Positions 1 through 8,826 of a stretch of DNA of 24,781 nucleotides are shown here, in pieces. Origin of the DNA: Elusimicrobiota bacterium (lineage in GTDB: Bacteria > Elusimicrobiota > UBA8919); the NCBI GenBank assembly GCA_043816185.1, contig JBDRIG010000065.1:1-24781 (forward strand), written 5' to 3'. A program made the translations under genes and the position numbers. How positions within the stretch are numbered: position 1 is the stretch's first letter; every line of letters begins with the position of its first letter. The notes under the pieces were generated by a model that saw only the letters and a list, made by a program, of their open reading frames with translations, was not told the DNA's origin and searched no databases.

Positions 1-184
1 ACACCTTTATTATTGGTGTCATTTACAAATTTATATTCGTTTATCTCCACCCGTTTAGCGGGAAGGAAGCGTGTCAAAAGATGCTGATTTTTGACAAAGG
101 GGATGCTATTTTCTACTTGACATGCTTTTCCATAGATGACCAAACTGAACTTAACGAAGCAGTGCTGATGCATCGATTTAATTT

Positions 185-967
185 ATGCTAAAATTAAAAA
201 TTAACATTCTGCTTTGCATTCTATATTTTACGTTTTGTATTTTGTTTTTCACTGGCTGTTCAAAACCCACCTACCCTAAGGATAAATTATCAGAAGCAAC
301 ACAAAAAATATTAAAAAAAGAATATAATTTAGACAGTTCAGTAAAACTTGTCGGCTCTACGCTTTATTTGGAGATAAATCTACCAGAACTTATTTCCATC
401 GAAAAAAACCTTCCTAAAAAAATCTTCAAAAAAATAGAAGATGCACTACTAACAATTGTCCGTATTTCATTAAGTAGTGACGCTAAAATCAGTACCCTTG
501 TTACAGTGGCAAAAACACAGGATTACGATTTCTGCGTACGAATAATACAGCGATTGGAAGACATAAAAGCTCTTCTATACTTAAAAATTTCTAGGTCTGA
601 TTATGAAGAACGATTAATACTTGAAATATTGCCATATAGCAAACTAAATTATAGAGATTTAACATTAGATGAGTTTGCTGCAAGATTAATTGTGTCGCAG
701 TACAATATATTATTAAAAATCAATCCATTTTTGTCTGGCTTATTAGACAATGCGTTGTTAGAGTTTAACAATTTGGCGAATGGGTCTCTAATAATTATGG
801 TAAATTCATCACAAATAAACATAAGTATCACCGTAAAAAAATTCTTTGAAAAAATTCTTGTAAAATCATATCTTAGCGTTCTAAAAAAGTATGATATCTT
901 AGATTTTCCTAAATCAATAAAAATTATAGATAAAAATAAAATAGAAATAATGATAATTAAGACGTAG
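185..967 (+). CDS. Hypothetical lipoprotein
   Basis: 260-aa ORF; basic N-terminus, hydrophobic stretch and lipobox-like FTGC; no recognisable domain. Confidence 0.8.
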   Translation: MLKLKINILLCILYFTFCILFFTGCSKPTYPKDKLSEATQKILKKEYNLDSSVKLVGSTLYLEINLPELISIEKNLPKKIFKKIEDALLTIVRISLSSDAKISTLVTVAKTQDYDFCVRIIQRLEDIKALLYLKISRSDYEERLILEILPYSKLNYRDLTLDEFAARLIVSQYNILLKINPFLSGLLDNALLEFNNLANGSLIIMVNSSQINISITVKKFFEKILVKSYLSVLKKYDILDFPKSIKIIDKNKIEIMIIKT

Positions 968-1008
968 GTTAGGTTCACTTCGTTTGATAATCAAGTTCAC
1001 TCTCTAAC

Positions 1009-1046
1009 AAAAAAATGATCGTGCTATTTGCCACGGTCATTTTTTT
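1009..1046. terminator. Intrinsic terminator, probably bidirectional
   Basis: A7-TGATCGTG, 8-nt loop, CACGGTCA-T7, about 40 nt after the lipoprotein stop. Confidence 0.75.
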
Positions 1047-1047
1047 A

Positions 1048-1075
1048 TTGCATTTTTACCATTTTTTAGTAGAAT
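1048..1075 (+). promoter_or_regulatory. Putative sigma70 promoter for argG
   Basis: TTGCAT (1048-1053), 16 nt, TAGAAT (1070-1075), directly after the terminator. Confidence 0.5.
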
Positions 1076-1083
1076 AACCGAAG

Positions 1084-1161
1084 GACGATGTAACCGATAA
1101 AAAACTAATACAGACAAATTTAATCAGTTTAAAGTTAATTTGTTATTTTGTTGTTATCGTC
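1084..1161 (+). repeat. Imperfect hairpin leader element, related to 15475-15580
   Basis: GACGAT/ATCGTC and ACAAATT/AATTTGT pairings; 30 of 38 aligned columns identical with 15475-15512. Confidence 0.55.
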
Positions 1162-1172
1162 GGAGGCGTGAT

Positions 1173-2387
1173 ATGAAAATAGTTCTTGCATATTCTGGTG
1201 GGCTTGATACATCAATAATGATAAGATGGCTGAAAGAAAACTATAAAGCTGAGGTTATTGCCTGTATCGTTGATGTTGGACAAACCGATGAATCTTTGTC
1301 AAAAATTCACCAAAAAGCATTGAAAACAGGCGCACTGAAAGCGTATACTATTGACGCAAAAAAAGAATTTGTTGAAAAATATATTTTTCAGTCAATAAAA
1401 GCAAATGCAATTTACGAGGGAAAATATCTTCTCGGAACTTCGCTTTCTCGTCCTTTAATTGCCGAAAAGATTATTGATACAGCAAAAAAAGAAAAAGCAG
1501 ATGCAGTTGCCCACGGTGCCACTGGCAAAGGCAACGATCAGGTAAGATTTGAACTTACATTTAAGTCGCTGATGCCGTCCATAAAAATTATTGCACCTTG
1601 GAGAGAGTGGGAATTGAAATCTAGACAGGAAGAAATTGATTATGCAAAAAAATACAATATCCCAATATCAATTCCCTCAAATGGGTCTACTCAGACAAAT
1701 GAAAAACCATATTCATCGGACGCAAATTTATGGCATATTTCATATGAAGGTGGTATTTTGGAAGATCCCACAAATGCACCCGACGATAAAATGTTTCAAA
1801 TGACCGTTTCACCCGAACAAGCACCAGATAAACCGACGATAATAGATATTTACTTTGAAAAGGGTGTGCCAACGAAAATCAATTGTAAAAAATATGGGTC
1901 AGTTGAAATAATAAAAAAATTAAATGAAATTGGTGGTAAAAATGGTATTGGCAGATGTGATATTGTGGAGAATAGATTAGTTGGAATGAAATCGCGTGGT
2001 GTTTATGAAGCGCCCGCAGCGACCATACTTTACATTGCTCACAAAGAAATCGAATCGTTGGTTTTAGACAGAGAAACTGCTCATTTTAAGGAAGTTTTGG
2101 CGATAAAATATTCAGAACTTATCTATTATGGTTTGTGGCAGTCACAATTGAAAAAAGCAATTGATGGCATAATTTCAGAAACACAAAAAAATGTTACAGG
2201 TTCCATAAAATTAAAACTTTATAAGGGAAATTGCACTGTTTTAGGAAGGAGTTCTCCGAATTCGCTTTATTGGGAAAAACTTTCAACATTTGAAGAAGAG
2301 GATATCTACAATCAAAAAGATGCTGAGGGTTTTATTAATCTTTTTAGCTTGCCATTAAAAGTCGAAGCAATTTTGAGAAAAAAGTAA
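1173..2387 (+). CDS. argG: Argininosuccinate synthase
   Basis: [41 protein letters not shown] motifs; start moved to ATG 1173 after GGAGG. Confidence 0.97.
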   Translation: MKIVLAYSGGLDTSIMIRWLKENYKAEVIACIVDVGQTDESLSKIHQKALKTGALKAYTIDAKKEFVEKYIFQSIKANAIYEGKYLLGTSLSRPLIAEKIIDTAKKEKADAVAHGATGKGNDQVRFELTFKSLMPSIKIIAPWREWELKSRQEEIDYAKKYNIPISIPSNGSTQTNEKPYSSDANLWHISYEGGILEDPTNAPDDKMFQMTVSPEQAPDKPTIIDIYFEKGVPTKINCKKYGSVEIIKKLNEIGGKNGIGRCDIVENRLVGMKSRGVYEAPAATILYIAHKEIESLVLDRETAHFKEVLAIKYSELIYYGLWQSQLKKAIDGIISETQKNVTGSIKLKLYKGNCTVLGRSSPNSLYWEKLSTFEEEDIYNQKDAEGFINLFSLPLKVEAILRKK

Positions 2388-2464
2388 AAACATTTTAGTT
2401 ATACAAACGTATTAAAAAAATCTGTCTTGGCCAGCGCGTCGTTGGTTGTGACCGTACAAAAACA

Positions 2465-2487
2465 GCGCAAATAAATTCGTGCCTACA
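2465..2487 (-). repeat. GTAG-type REP-like palindrome
   Basis: Minus strand TGTAGGCACGAATTTATTTGCGC = GTAG followed by an imperfect hairpin. Confidence 0.55.
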
Positions 2488-2500
2488 AAAAGAGGTTTTT

Positions 2501-3811
2501 ATGGAATTAAAAAAATTTGTTTCATCCATTGATTACGACATTAAACTCACAAGATGCGACATTCTTGGAAGTGTCGCTCACATGAAGATGCTTGCCAAAT
2601 GTAAGATTATTTCACAAGGTGATGCAAAAAAAATTATCGACGGTCTTAATCTAATTTTGAGAGATTTTGAAAATGGTAGATTGAAGTTTACCGATGAGGA
2701 TATTCATACATCAATAGAAGTTGAACTTAGAAAAAAAATAGGCGATCTTGCGGGGAAAATGCATACTGCAAGAAGTAGAAATGACCAAGTAGTGCTTGCA
2801 GAACGGCTTTATATCAAAGATGAGATAAAAATAATCGTTGAAAAAATAGACAGTGTAATTGATGCGATAAAAAATATTGCTCAAAAAAATTTATCTGTAA
2901 TTATGCCTGGATTTACTCATTTACAAAATGCCCAACCAGTACTTTTCAGTCATTGGTTTTTATCTTACGGATGGGCTCTAAAAAGAGACAAAGAAAGATT
3001 TTTGGATTGCTGTAAAAGGGTTGATGTTTCACCACTTGGTTGTTGTGCTTTTGCAGGAACAGAATTTTCCATTGACAGAAATTTTGTTGCAAAAGAACTT
3101 GGTTTTTCTAAAATTTCCGAAAATTCCGTTGATGCGGTTTCTGATAGAGATTTTTTAATTGAAATTTTGTTTAACTGTTCAGTTCTATCAATGCATTTGT
3201 CACGGCTTGCCGAAGAAATTATAATTTGGTCGTCTCAACAGTTTGGGTTTATTGAATTAGCAGAACAGTTTACTACGGGTTCATCGATTATGCCTCAGAA
3301 AAAAAATCCGGATTTTGCAGAAATTTTAAGAGCGAAACCAGGAAAAATTTATGGTAACCTAATATCGATACTTATCGTGATGAAAGGACTTCCATTATCT
3401 TACAATAGAGATATGCAATTAGATAAAGAACCGTTGTTTGATTCCACGGAAACAATAAAAAATTTACTCGATGTTTCATCTGCTATGATATCTACTATCA
3501 AGGTTAACTCTGAAAAAATGTTGTCCTCTTGCGAGCATGGATTTATTCTTGCAACCGATATTGCAGATTATCTTACTTCCAAAGATATTCCTTTTAGAAC
3601 AGCACATAATATCGTGGGTAAAATTGTAAATTACTGCATAAAAAATAAGAAGTTGTTTAACGATTTATCAATTCAAGAATGGAAAAAATTTTCCGATAAG
3701 TTTGAAGAATCTGTTTTCGAAGTTTTGGATTTTAAGAGATCGATTGAACTAAAAAAATCATTTGGTGGCACATCACTTGAATCAGTAAAACGACAACTAA
3801 AAAAACTATGA
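2501..3811 (+). CDS. argH: Argininosuccinate lyase
   Basis: HTARSRNDQV, MPGFTHLQ, TGSSIMPQKKNPD signatures; follows argG. Confidence 0.96.
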   Translation: MELKKFVSSIDYDIKLTRCDILGSVAHMKMLAKCKIISQGDAKKIIDGLNLILRDFENGRLKFTDEDIHTSIEVELRKKIGDLAGKMHTARSRNDQVVLAERLYIKDEIKIIVEKIDSVIDAIKNIAQKNLSVIMPGFTHLQNAQPVLFSHWFLSYGWALKRDKERFLDCCKRVDVSPLGCCAFAGTEFSIDRNFVAKELGFSKISENSVDAVSDRDFLIEILFNCSVLSMHLSRLAEEIIIWSSQQFGFIELAEQFTTGSSIMPQKKNPDFAEILRAKPGKIYGNLISILIVMKGLPLSYNRDMQLDKEPLFDSTETIKNLLDVSSAMISTIKVNSEKMLSSCEHGFILATDIADYLTSKDIPFRTAHNIVGKIVNYCIKNKKLFNDLSIQEWKKFSDKFEESVFEVLDFKRSIELKKSFGGTSLESVKRQLKKL

Positions 3812-5226
3812 TAAAAAAATCACCAAAAAAATCGCTGTCGCCGCTGATATGTTTATATGTTGATATAATTAAGCGATTTTTATGTATCGTCGTATCGTTG
3901 TATCGTCGTACCACCACTTTTGTTTTACTACTTTGTATTTTACATCTTACGTTTTTTTTATGTCTTTATTCTCAGTCGCCTACTGAACGTACTTTGACAT
4001 TTGAAAAAAGCATTGAGCTTGCTACACTAAATAGCCATCAACTTTTGATTGCAATACAAGATATAGAGATTGCCAAACAGCGTCTTAAAGAAGCAAAATC
4101 GATAATGTATCCGCAACTTGAATTCAATGCTAATTACTCGAAATTTAACGCAGAAAGCCCTCTCCTTCTTCCAACCATTTTAGGTAATACTATTTTACCA
4201 CAGAGGATAGAAGAACTTGACAATATAGAAGATTACTATACGACTAAAATTTCCTTGTCACAGATATTATGGAGTGCCGCAAAATTGAGTTCAACAAAGA
4301 AATTTGCCGAGACAGAATTGAAAACAGCTGAAAGCGACTACGATACAATAAAAAATAGAACGATTGCAGCGGCTTCAAAAAATTTTTATAAACTTTTAGC
4401 ACTACAAAAAAAATTGAGTGTATGCAGGATTGTTATTTCTACCTACGAAAAATCAACTGACAAAAAAAATGAAAATGTAAATTTAAGAGATAAACTTATA
4501 CTCGAAAAAACCATCGAAAAAATTAGATCAACTGAAGATAAAATTAGAAAAGATTTAGAAATAACAAAGATTGACTTTTTAGATTCTATTGGTATTGAAT
4601 TGAATACCACATTTGCTATAATAGGCGATTTAGAGTTTAAAAAGGTTTCTGTCGATCTCAATAAATGTCTTGCGTGGGCGGCGGAATATCGTCCAGAACT
4701 TAAAAAAACACAACTGCAAGAACAGATGGACGCTCTTTCTGTTAATCTTTCGCTTTCTGGTCGCTATCCAACAATTGCTCTCGGAGGAAATTATCAACTT
4801 GAAGATAAGCGATGGCCCTTTGAAAAAAAATCATGGAATGCAACTATAAATTTAATGCTTCCTCTTTTTGATGGTGGCGGACAATTTGCTCGAATAAAAC
4901 AGAAAAAATATCAATATAGAAAAGCACAGATTAACAGGGCGAGCATTTCCGACTCAATAAAGGCAGGTGTAAGAAAATCATTTATTGAGTACGAATACGC
5001 TATCGAGAAATATGAAAAGAAATCCAAAGAAGTTCAAGTGTTTTGTATAGGTGATGATATTGCTGGTATTTTGGAATTATATAAAAACAAAAATATTTCA
5101 TTTTTGGAATATGTGGAAATCTCCGAAGTGATTATGCAGACGCAATTAGAATATATTGATGCCATAAGAGATGTTTCTATTGCACAGACTGATTTAGAAA
5201 CTAACATCGGTAAAAAATTTGAATAA
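3808..5226 (+). CDS. TolC-family outer membrane efflux protein (start uncertain)
   Basis: Two OEP-like halves (YPQLEFNANY / YPTIALGGNY), RPEL, LMLPLFDGG; hydrophobic signal ending near LYS-Q. Confidence 0.85.
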   Translation: MIKKSPKKSLSPLICLYVDIIKRFLCIVVSLYRRTTTFVLLLCILHLTFFLCLYSQSPTERTLTFEKSIELATLNSHQLLIAIQDIEIAKQRLKEAKSIMYPQLEFNANYSKFNAESPLLLPTILGNTILPQRIEELDNIEDYYTTKISLSQILWSAAKLSSTKKFAETELKTAESDYDTIKNRTIAAASKNFYKLLALQKKLSVCRIVISTYEKSTDKKNENVNLRDKLILEKTIEKIRSTEDKIRKDLEITKIDFLDSIGIELNTTFAIIGDLEFKKVSVDLNKCLAWAAEYRPELKKTQLQEQMDALSVNLSLSGRYPTIALGGNYQLEDKRWPFEKKSWNATINLMLPLFDGGGQFARIKQKKYQYRKAQINRASISDSIKAGVRKSFIEYEYAIEKYEKKSKEVQVFCIGDDIAGILELYKNKNISFLEYVEISEVIMQTQLEYIDAIRDVSIAQTDLETNIGKKFE

Positions 5227-5227
5227 A

Positions 5228-6184
5228 ATGCATTTAATCTATCATCGGTTGAAAATTTGTCTCATATCCTCTATTTTTTCTTTTCTATCTTTTACACACC
5301 TTTATTCTCAAAACGACGAATTATTAAGAAATTTACTGTGGAAGGATTTTTTGTCACTTAGTACTAAAAGGCCTAAAATTGCGCTTGTTTTGGGTGGCGG
5401 CGGTGCTCGCGGGTTGTCTCATATCGGCATATTAAAAACACTTGAAGAAAAAAAGATTCCTATTGATATTATCGTCGGCACTAGTGTTGGTGCACTTGTT
5501 GGTGGGCTTTATGCGTCGGGGATGAAAGTTGAAGATTTAGAGAAGATGGGAAACGAGATTGGCTGGAGCAAAATTTCTAATTTATCTTTGACAAAACTTT
5601 TTACTCTTATCATGGTAGAGTCGCTTTTAAGTACCGAAAAACTTGAAAAGTACCTCGAAAAATATATTGGCGATAAAAAATTTGAAGAGTTGAAAATTTC
5701 CTTTGCCTGCATTGCATGCGATATAAAAACAGGTGAAAGAATTGTTTTTAAAGATGGTGAGGTGGCGTTTGCTTGTAGGGTTTCAGCGACAATTCCTGGT
5801 GTTTTTAGTCTTGTTGAATATAGACACCGTCTTCTCGTTGACGGTGGTATCGTAGACAATCTTCCTGTTGATATAGCGAAAGTCATGGGTGCTGATTTTA
5901 TAATTGCTGTCTATCCACGAACAAATTATTCAACAAATAAAACGGAGAATGTGATAACAACACTCTCGCAAGTTATAAATATACAGGGTGGATTTTTAAT
6001 GGAAAAACAAATGAAGACAGCAGATTTTTTGCTCATTACAGATGTCAAAGATGTTGGTATGTTGGAACTTGACAAATCTCAACAGTGTATTGAATCTGGT
6101 GTTATATCTGGAAGGTTAAAAGTAAATGAACTCAAAGATAAAATTTTAGAGAGATTTATTGATAAAATTGTATTCAAAGAATAA
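5228..6184 (+). CDS. Patatin-like phospholipase with N-terminal signal
   Basis: GGGGARG, GTSVG (GxSxG) and DGG catalytic motifs; alternative TTG start at 5219. Confidence 0.92.
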   Translation: MHLIYHRLKICLISSIFSFLSFTHLYSQNDELLRNLLWKDFLSLSTKRPKIALVLGGGGARGLSHIGILKTLEEKKIPIDIIVGTSVGALVGGLYASGMKVEDLEKMGNEIGWSKISNLSLTKLFTLIMVESLLSTEKLEKYLEKYIGDKKFEELKISFACIACDIKTGERIVFKDGEVAFACRVSATIPGVFSLVEYRHRLLVDGGIVDNLPVDIAKVMGADFIIAVYPRTNYSTNKTENVITTLSQVINIQGGFLMEKQMKTADFLLITDVKDVGMLELDKSQQCIESGVISGRLKVNELKDKILERFIDKIVFKE

Positions 6185-6196
6185 AAAAATACTTAT

Positions 6197-7099
6197 ATGC
6201 TGATATATAAAAATCGTATTACTGTATTGTCCTATCATTTTATCGTCCATCTTTTTTTTCTTTTCACCTGTCTCCATTGTGATATTGGGAAAACCGTGCA
6301 AGAAAAAAATGATATTCAGGATATTGCCAATAGTAAATCAAAAAAGAAAAAGATTGATTTTTATATTTCAAAAGGTGATGAGCGATTGCTTCTCGGTGAA
6401 TATAGTTATGCTATTGATTATTATAATAAAGCGAAAATTCTTAAGAAAAAAAATCCAGAAGTTTTTTTACGACTTGGCGAAAGTTATCGTTTGGCAGATA
6501 TGAAAGATGAAGCGATTAAATCGTACAATAGTGCATTAAAATACGGTTCGAAGGATGTAAAGGTTTTTCTTGGGCTTGGTATTGTTTACAAATCGAAATA
6601 TCTTTACGAACAAGCAGAGAAATTTTATAAAAAAGCATTGGAACTTGCTCGAATGAGAACTGATTTTTTTGGGGGGAAAAATAACACACAAATATTAATC
6701 GATCTTGCAGATATTTATAATGAACAGGGAAGGTATCTAGAGGCAATTGAGATTTTTCTAAAAATAGTATCTGTAAATCCGACAGATGAAGTAAAGTTAA
6801 AACTTGCAATGTTAAATATTCTTGCAGATTGCGAAGGAGGTATTGAACAATATGATACCGCTCTGGCTTCCTCCAAAATCTTGAATGGCTATAGTAATCT
6901 TAATAAAAATCCTGACGATGCGATTTCTGATTTTATCTCTGCCGACGAGTATTTTTTAAGAGCAGTTGCATACTTAAAGAAAAATGATTTATCGAATGCA
7001 AAAAATAATTTTGATATTTTGATCAATCAAAAAGAGGATACACTTTCTAAAAAATTATCCATTATTCTTGCAAGATATATTCAGTTTCATTTTCGATGA
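6197..7099 (+). CDS. Tetratricopeptide repeat protein, possibly exported or lipid-anchored
   Basis: Successive TPR motifs (LGESY..AIKSYNSAL, LGIVY..AEKFYKKAL, LADIY..GRYLEAIE); hydrophobic N-terminus with Cys. Confidence 0.85.
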   Translation: MLIYKNRITVLSYHFIVHLFFLFTCLHCDIGKTVQEKNDIQDIANSKSKKKKIDFYISKGDERLLLGEYSYAIDYYNKAKILKKKNPEVFLRLGESYRLADMKDEAIKSYNSALKYGSKDVKVFLGLGIVYKSKYLYEQAEKFYKKALELARMRTDFFGGKNNTQILIDLADIYNEQGRYLEAIEIFLKIVSVNPTDEVKLKLAMLNILADCEGGIEQYDTALASSKILNGYSNLNKNPDDAISDFISADEYFLRAVAYLKKNDLSNAKNNFDILINQKEDTLSKKLSIILARYIQFHFR

Positions 7100-7162
7100 G
7101 CAAAATTATCGAACTTGTTTTTTTGCGATTATCAAATAAAGATACGATTTAAATAAAATAGT

Positions 7163-7489
7163 ATGCAAAAACCATATTACAAAAAATCAAAATTCAAACT
7201 TTACCAAGCAAACTGTTTGGATATTCTCACCGAATTTCCTGAAAATTCGGTTGATATGGTTTTTGCCGATCCACCTTATCTTCTCTCAAACGGTGGTTTT
7301 ACTGTTCATGCTGGGCGGCGTGTCAGCGTAAATAAAGGCGAATGGGATAAAAGCAACGGACTGAAAAAAGATTTTGAATTTCATCTTGAATGGATAAAAG
7401 CCATTAAGCGTGTTTTGAAACCACACGGCACAATTTGGATTAGCGGAACTTACCACTCAATTTATCAAAAATTTTATGAAACAACATGA
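7163..7489 (+). pseudogene. N-terminal fragment of a beta-class N4/N6 DNA methyltransferase (DpnA-like)
   Basis: SVDMVFADPPY motif IV, NKGEWD, RVLKPHGTIWISGTYHSIYQ; ends at 108 aa without the FxGxG SAM-binding motif. Confidence 0.85.
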
Positions 7490-8210
7490 AGCAGTAATAA
7501 AAATAATGGAGCAAAACGGTGGATTTGCAACACTTGGTCATCTTAATCAAAAAGTTTTAAGAATACCGGATGTTGAATGGAAAACAAAAACTCCTTTTGC
7601 GAGCATTCGTCGTATTGTTCAAGATGAAAGATTTTTCTTTAAAATAAAGCCAGGACTTTGGGCATTACTTTCGCATAAAAATAAACTGCCTCAAGAAATA
7701 TTTCCAAATGATTTAATACTGAAATCAAAACAAGAAATTTTCAACCATAGTTATTATCAAGGCTTGCTTGTAGAAATAGGCAATCTGAAAAAATATGAAA
7801 CATTTGTACCAAATCAAGACAAAAACAAGCAATTTTTAGGAAAAAAATTAGGCGAGCTAAGCTCGCATATGGATTTTTATCAATTTGGCTACGACCATAT
7901 CATACGGAAGGCAAAAACTATTGATGTTAGTTGGTTTAATATCAGAAAAATGCCACATATGCTTTTTGAGATTGAATATTCAGCAGACATTCAAAATTCG
8001 TTATTAAAATTCGTTGAGTTACAGGACTACAACACAAATTTTTTCATAGTCGCAGATAAGGTGAGAAAGGCAGAATATATTGGTAAGCTCGGATTAAATG
8101 CATTTATGCCAATAAAAAATCGAGTGCAGTTTATAGATTATGAAAAATTATCAGAATGGCACACTAAAACATCAGAAATTATTAGTCTAGAAAATAATTT
8201 ATCTTTTTGA
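7476..8210 (+). CDS. Putative restriction-endonuclease-like protein (N-terminal winged-helix-like part plus PD-(D/E)xK-like domain)
   Basis: WKTKTPFASIRRIVQ..GLWAL N-terminal module; H-SYYQG, IDVSW..FEIEYS nuclease-like core; R-M context. Confidence 0.65.
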   Translation: MKQHEAVIKIMEQNGGFATLGHLNQKVLRIPDVEWKTKTPFASIRRIVQDERFFFKIKPGLWALLSHKNKLPQEIFPNDLILKSKQEIFNHSYYQGLLVEIGNLKKYETFVPNQDKNKQFLGKKLGELSSHMDFYQFGYDHIIRKAKTIDVSWFNIRKMPHMLFEIEYSADIQNSLLKFVELQDYNTNFFIVADKVRKAEYIGKLGLNAFMPIKNRVQFIDYEKLSEWHTKTSEIISLENNLSF

Positions 8211-8213
8211 AAT

Positions 8214-8396
8214 ATGGAAATTACACTTTCGCCAATTTTGGCAAAAATTATTCTGCAATTTAATCCATTTACACGACTTAAAATAATGTGCCGAGGATAT
8301 AATGAAGATTTAGAAAATTTTACCGAACTTGTATGGAAAGATGACAAATATCTAGATTTTAACGACAAACAAACATATCCACAATTTCAGTTATGA
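8214..8396 (+). CDS. Small hypothetical protein, possibly 3'-truncated
   Basis: 60-aa ATG ORF tightly packed between neighbours (3-nt gap, ATGA overlap). Confidence 0.5.
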   Translation: MEITLSPILAKIILQFNPFTRLKIMCRGYNEDLENFTELVWKDDKYLDFNDKQTYPQFQL

Positions 8397-8755
8397 CATG
8401 TTTAACACAATTTTTTGAAAGTCATTGTTGGGCAAAACTAAAAGCCATTGTCTTTTGCGCTGTTAAATGGAACGGCAAAAATTCAGAAGCGGCGGAATTA
8501 ATAAAAGTTACCAGTTTGGATTTTGCTGAGGATGATGAGCTGATCAAAGAAATAAAAGCCGATTACGATTTTATTCGAGAAAAACTGATAAAACACGGCT
8601 TTGAAAGTTTAACCGGCAAAGATGGAAAATGGATATAGGCAAGGACAAAAGGAATTGGTGGAATAAACCAACGAACTGGGAAAAGAAGGTTGATAACTCG
8701 TGCGTTTTATGCGAGGGTGAGTTTGGTAAAAAAGATTTTTGAAACCGCCTCATAA
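8393..8755 (+). pseudogene. C-terminal fragment of a MutH/Sau3AI-like restriction endonuclease with an internal stop
   Basis: EIKADYDFIREKL..GKWI*ARTKG..TRAFYAR: protein-like sequence continues 38 codons past TAG 8636-8638 to TAA 8753-8755; N-terminal catalytic part absent. Confidence 0.7.
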
Positions 8756-8826
8756 ATTATAGAAAACAATCAAGTTTGATACGTTAGGGCAACGCCATTT
8801 AATTCAACATCCACAATGGAGAAATT

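Noticed and set aside
1046..1064. ARG box upstream of argG
   Set aside because: Only the TGCAT half matches; right half is poor and there is no tandem second box
8636..8638. Pyrrolysine or TAG reassignment
   Set aside because: TAG ends several intact genes here and the ORF is already a fragment
8745..8792. attC-like site (GTTAGGGC) at the end of the R-M islet
   Set aside because: No matching RYYYAAC inverse core or convincing stem; no integrase
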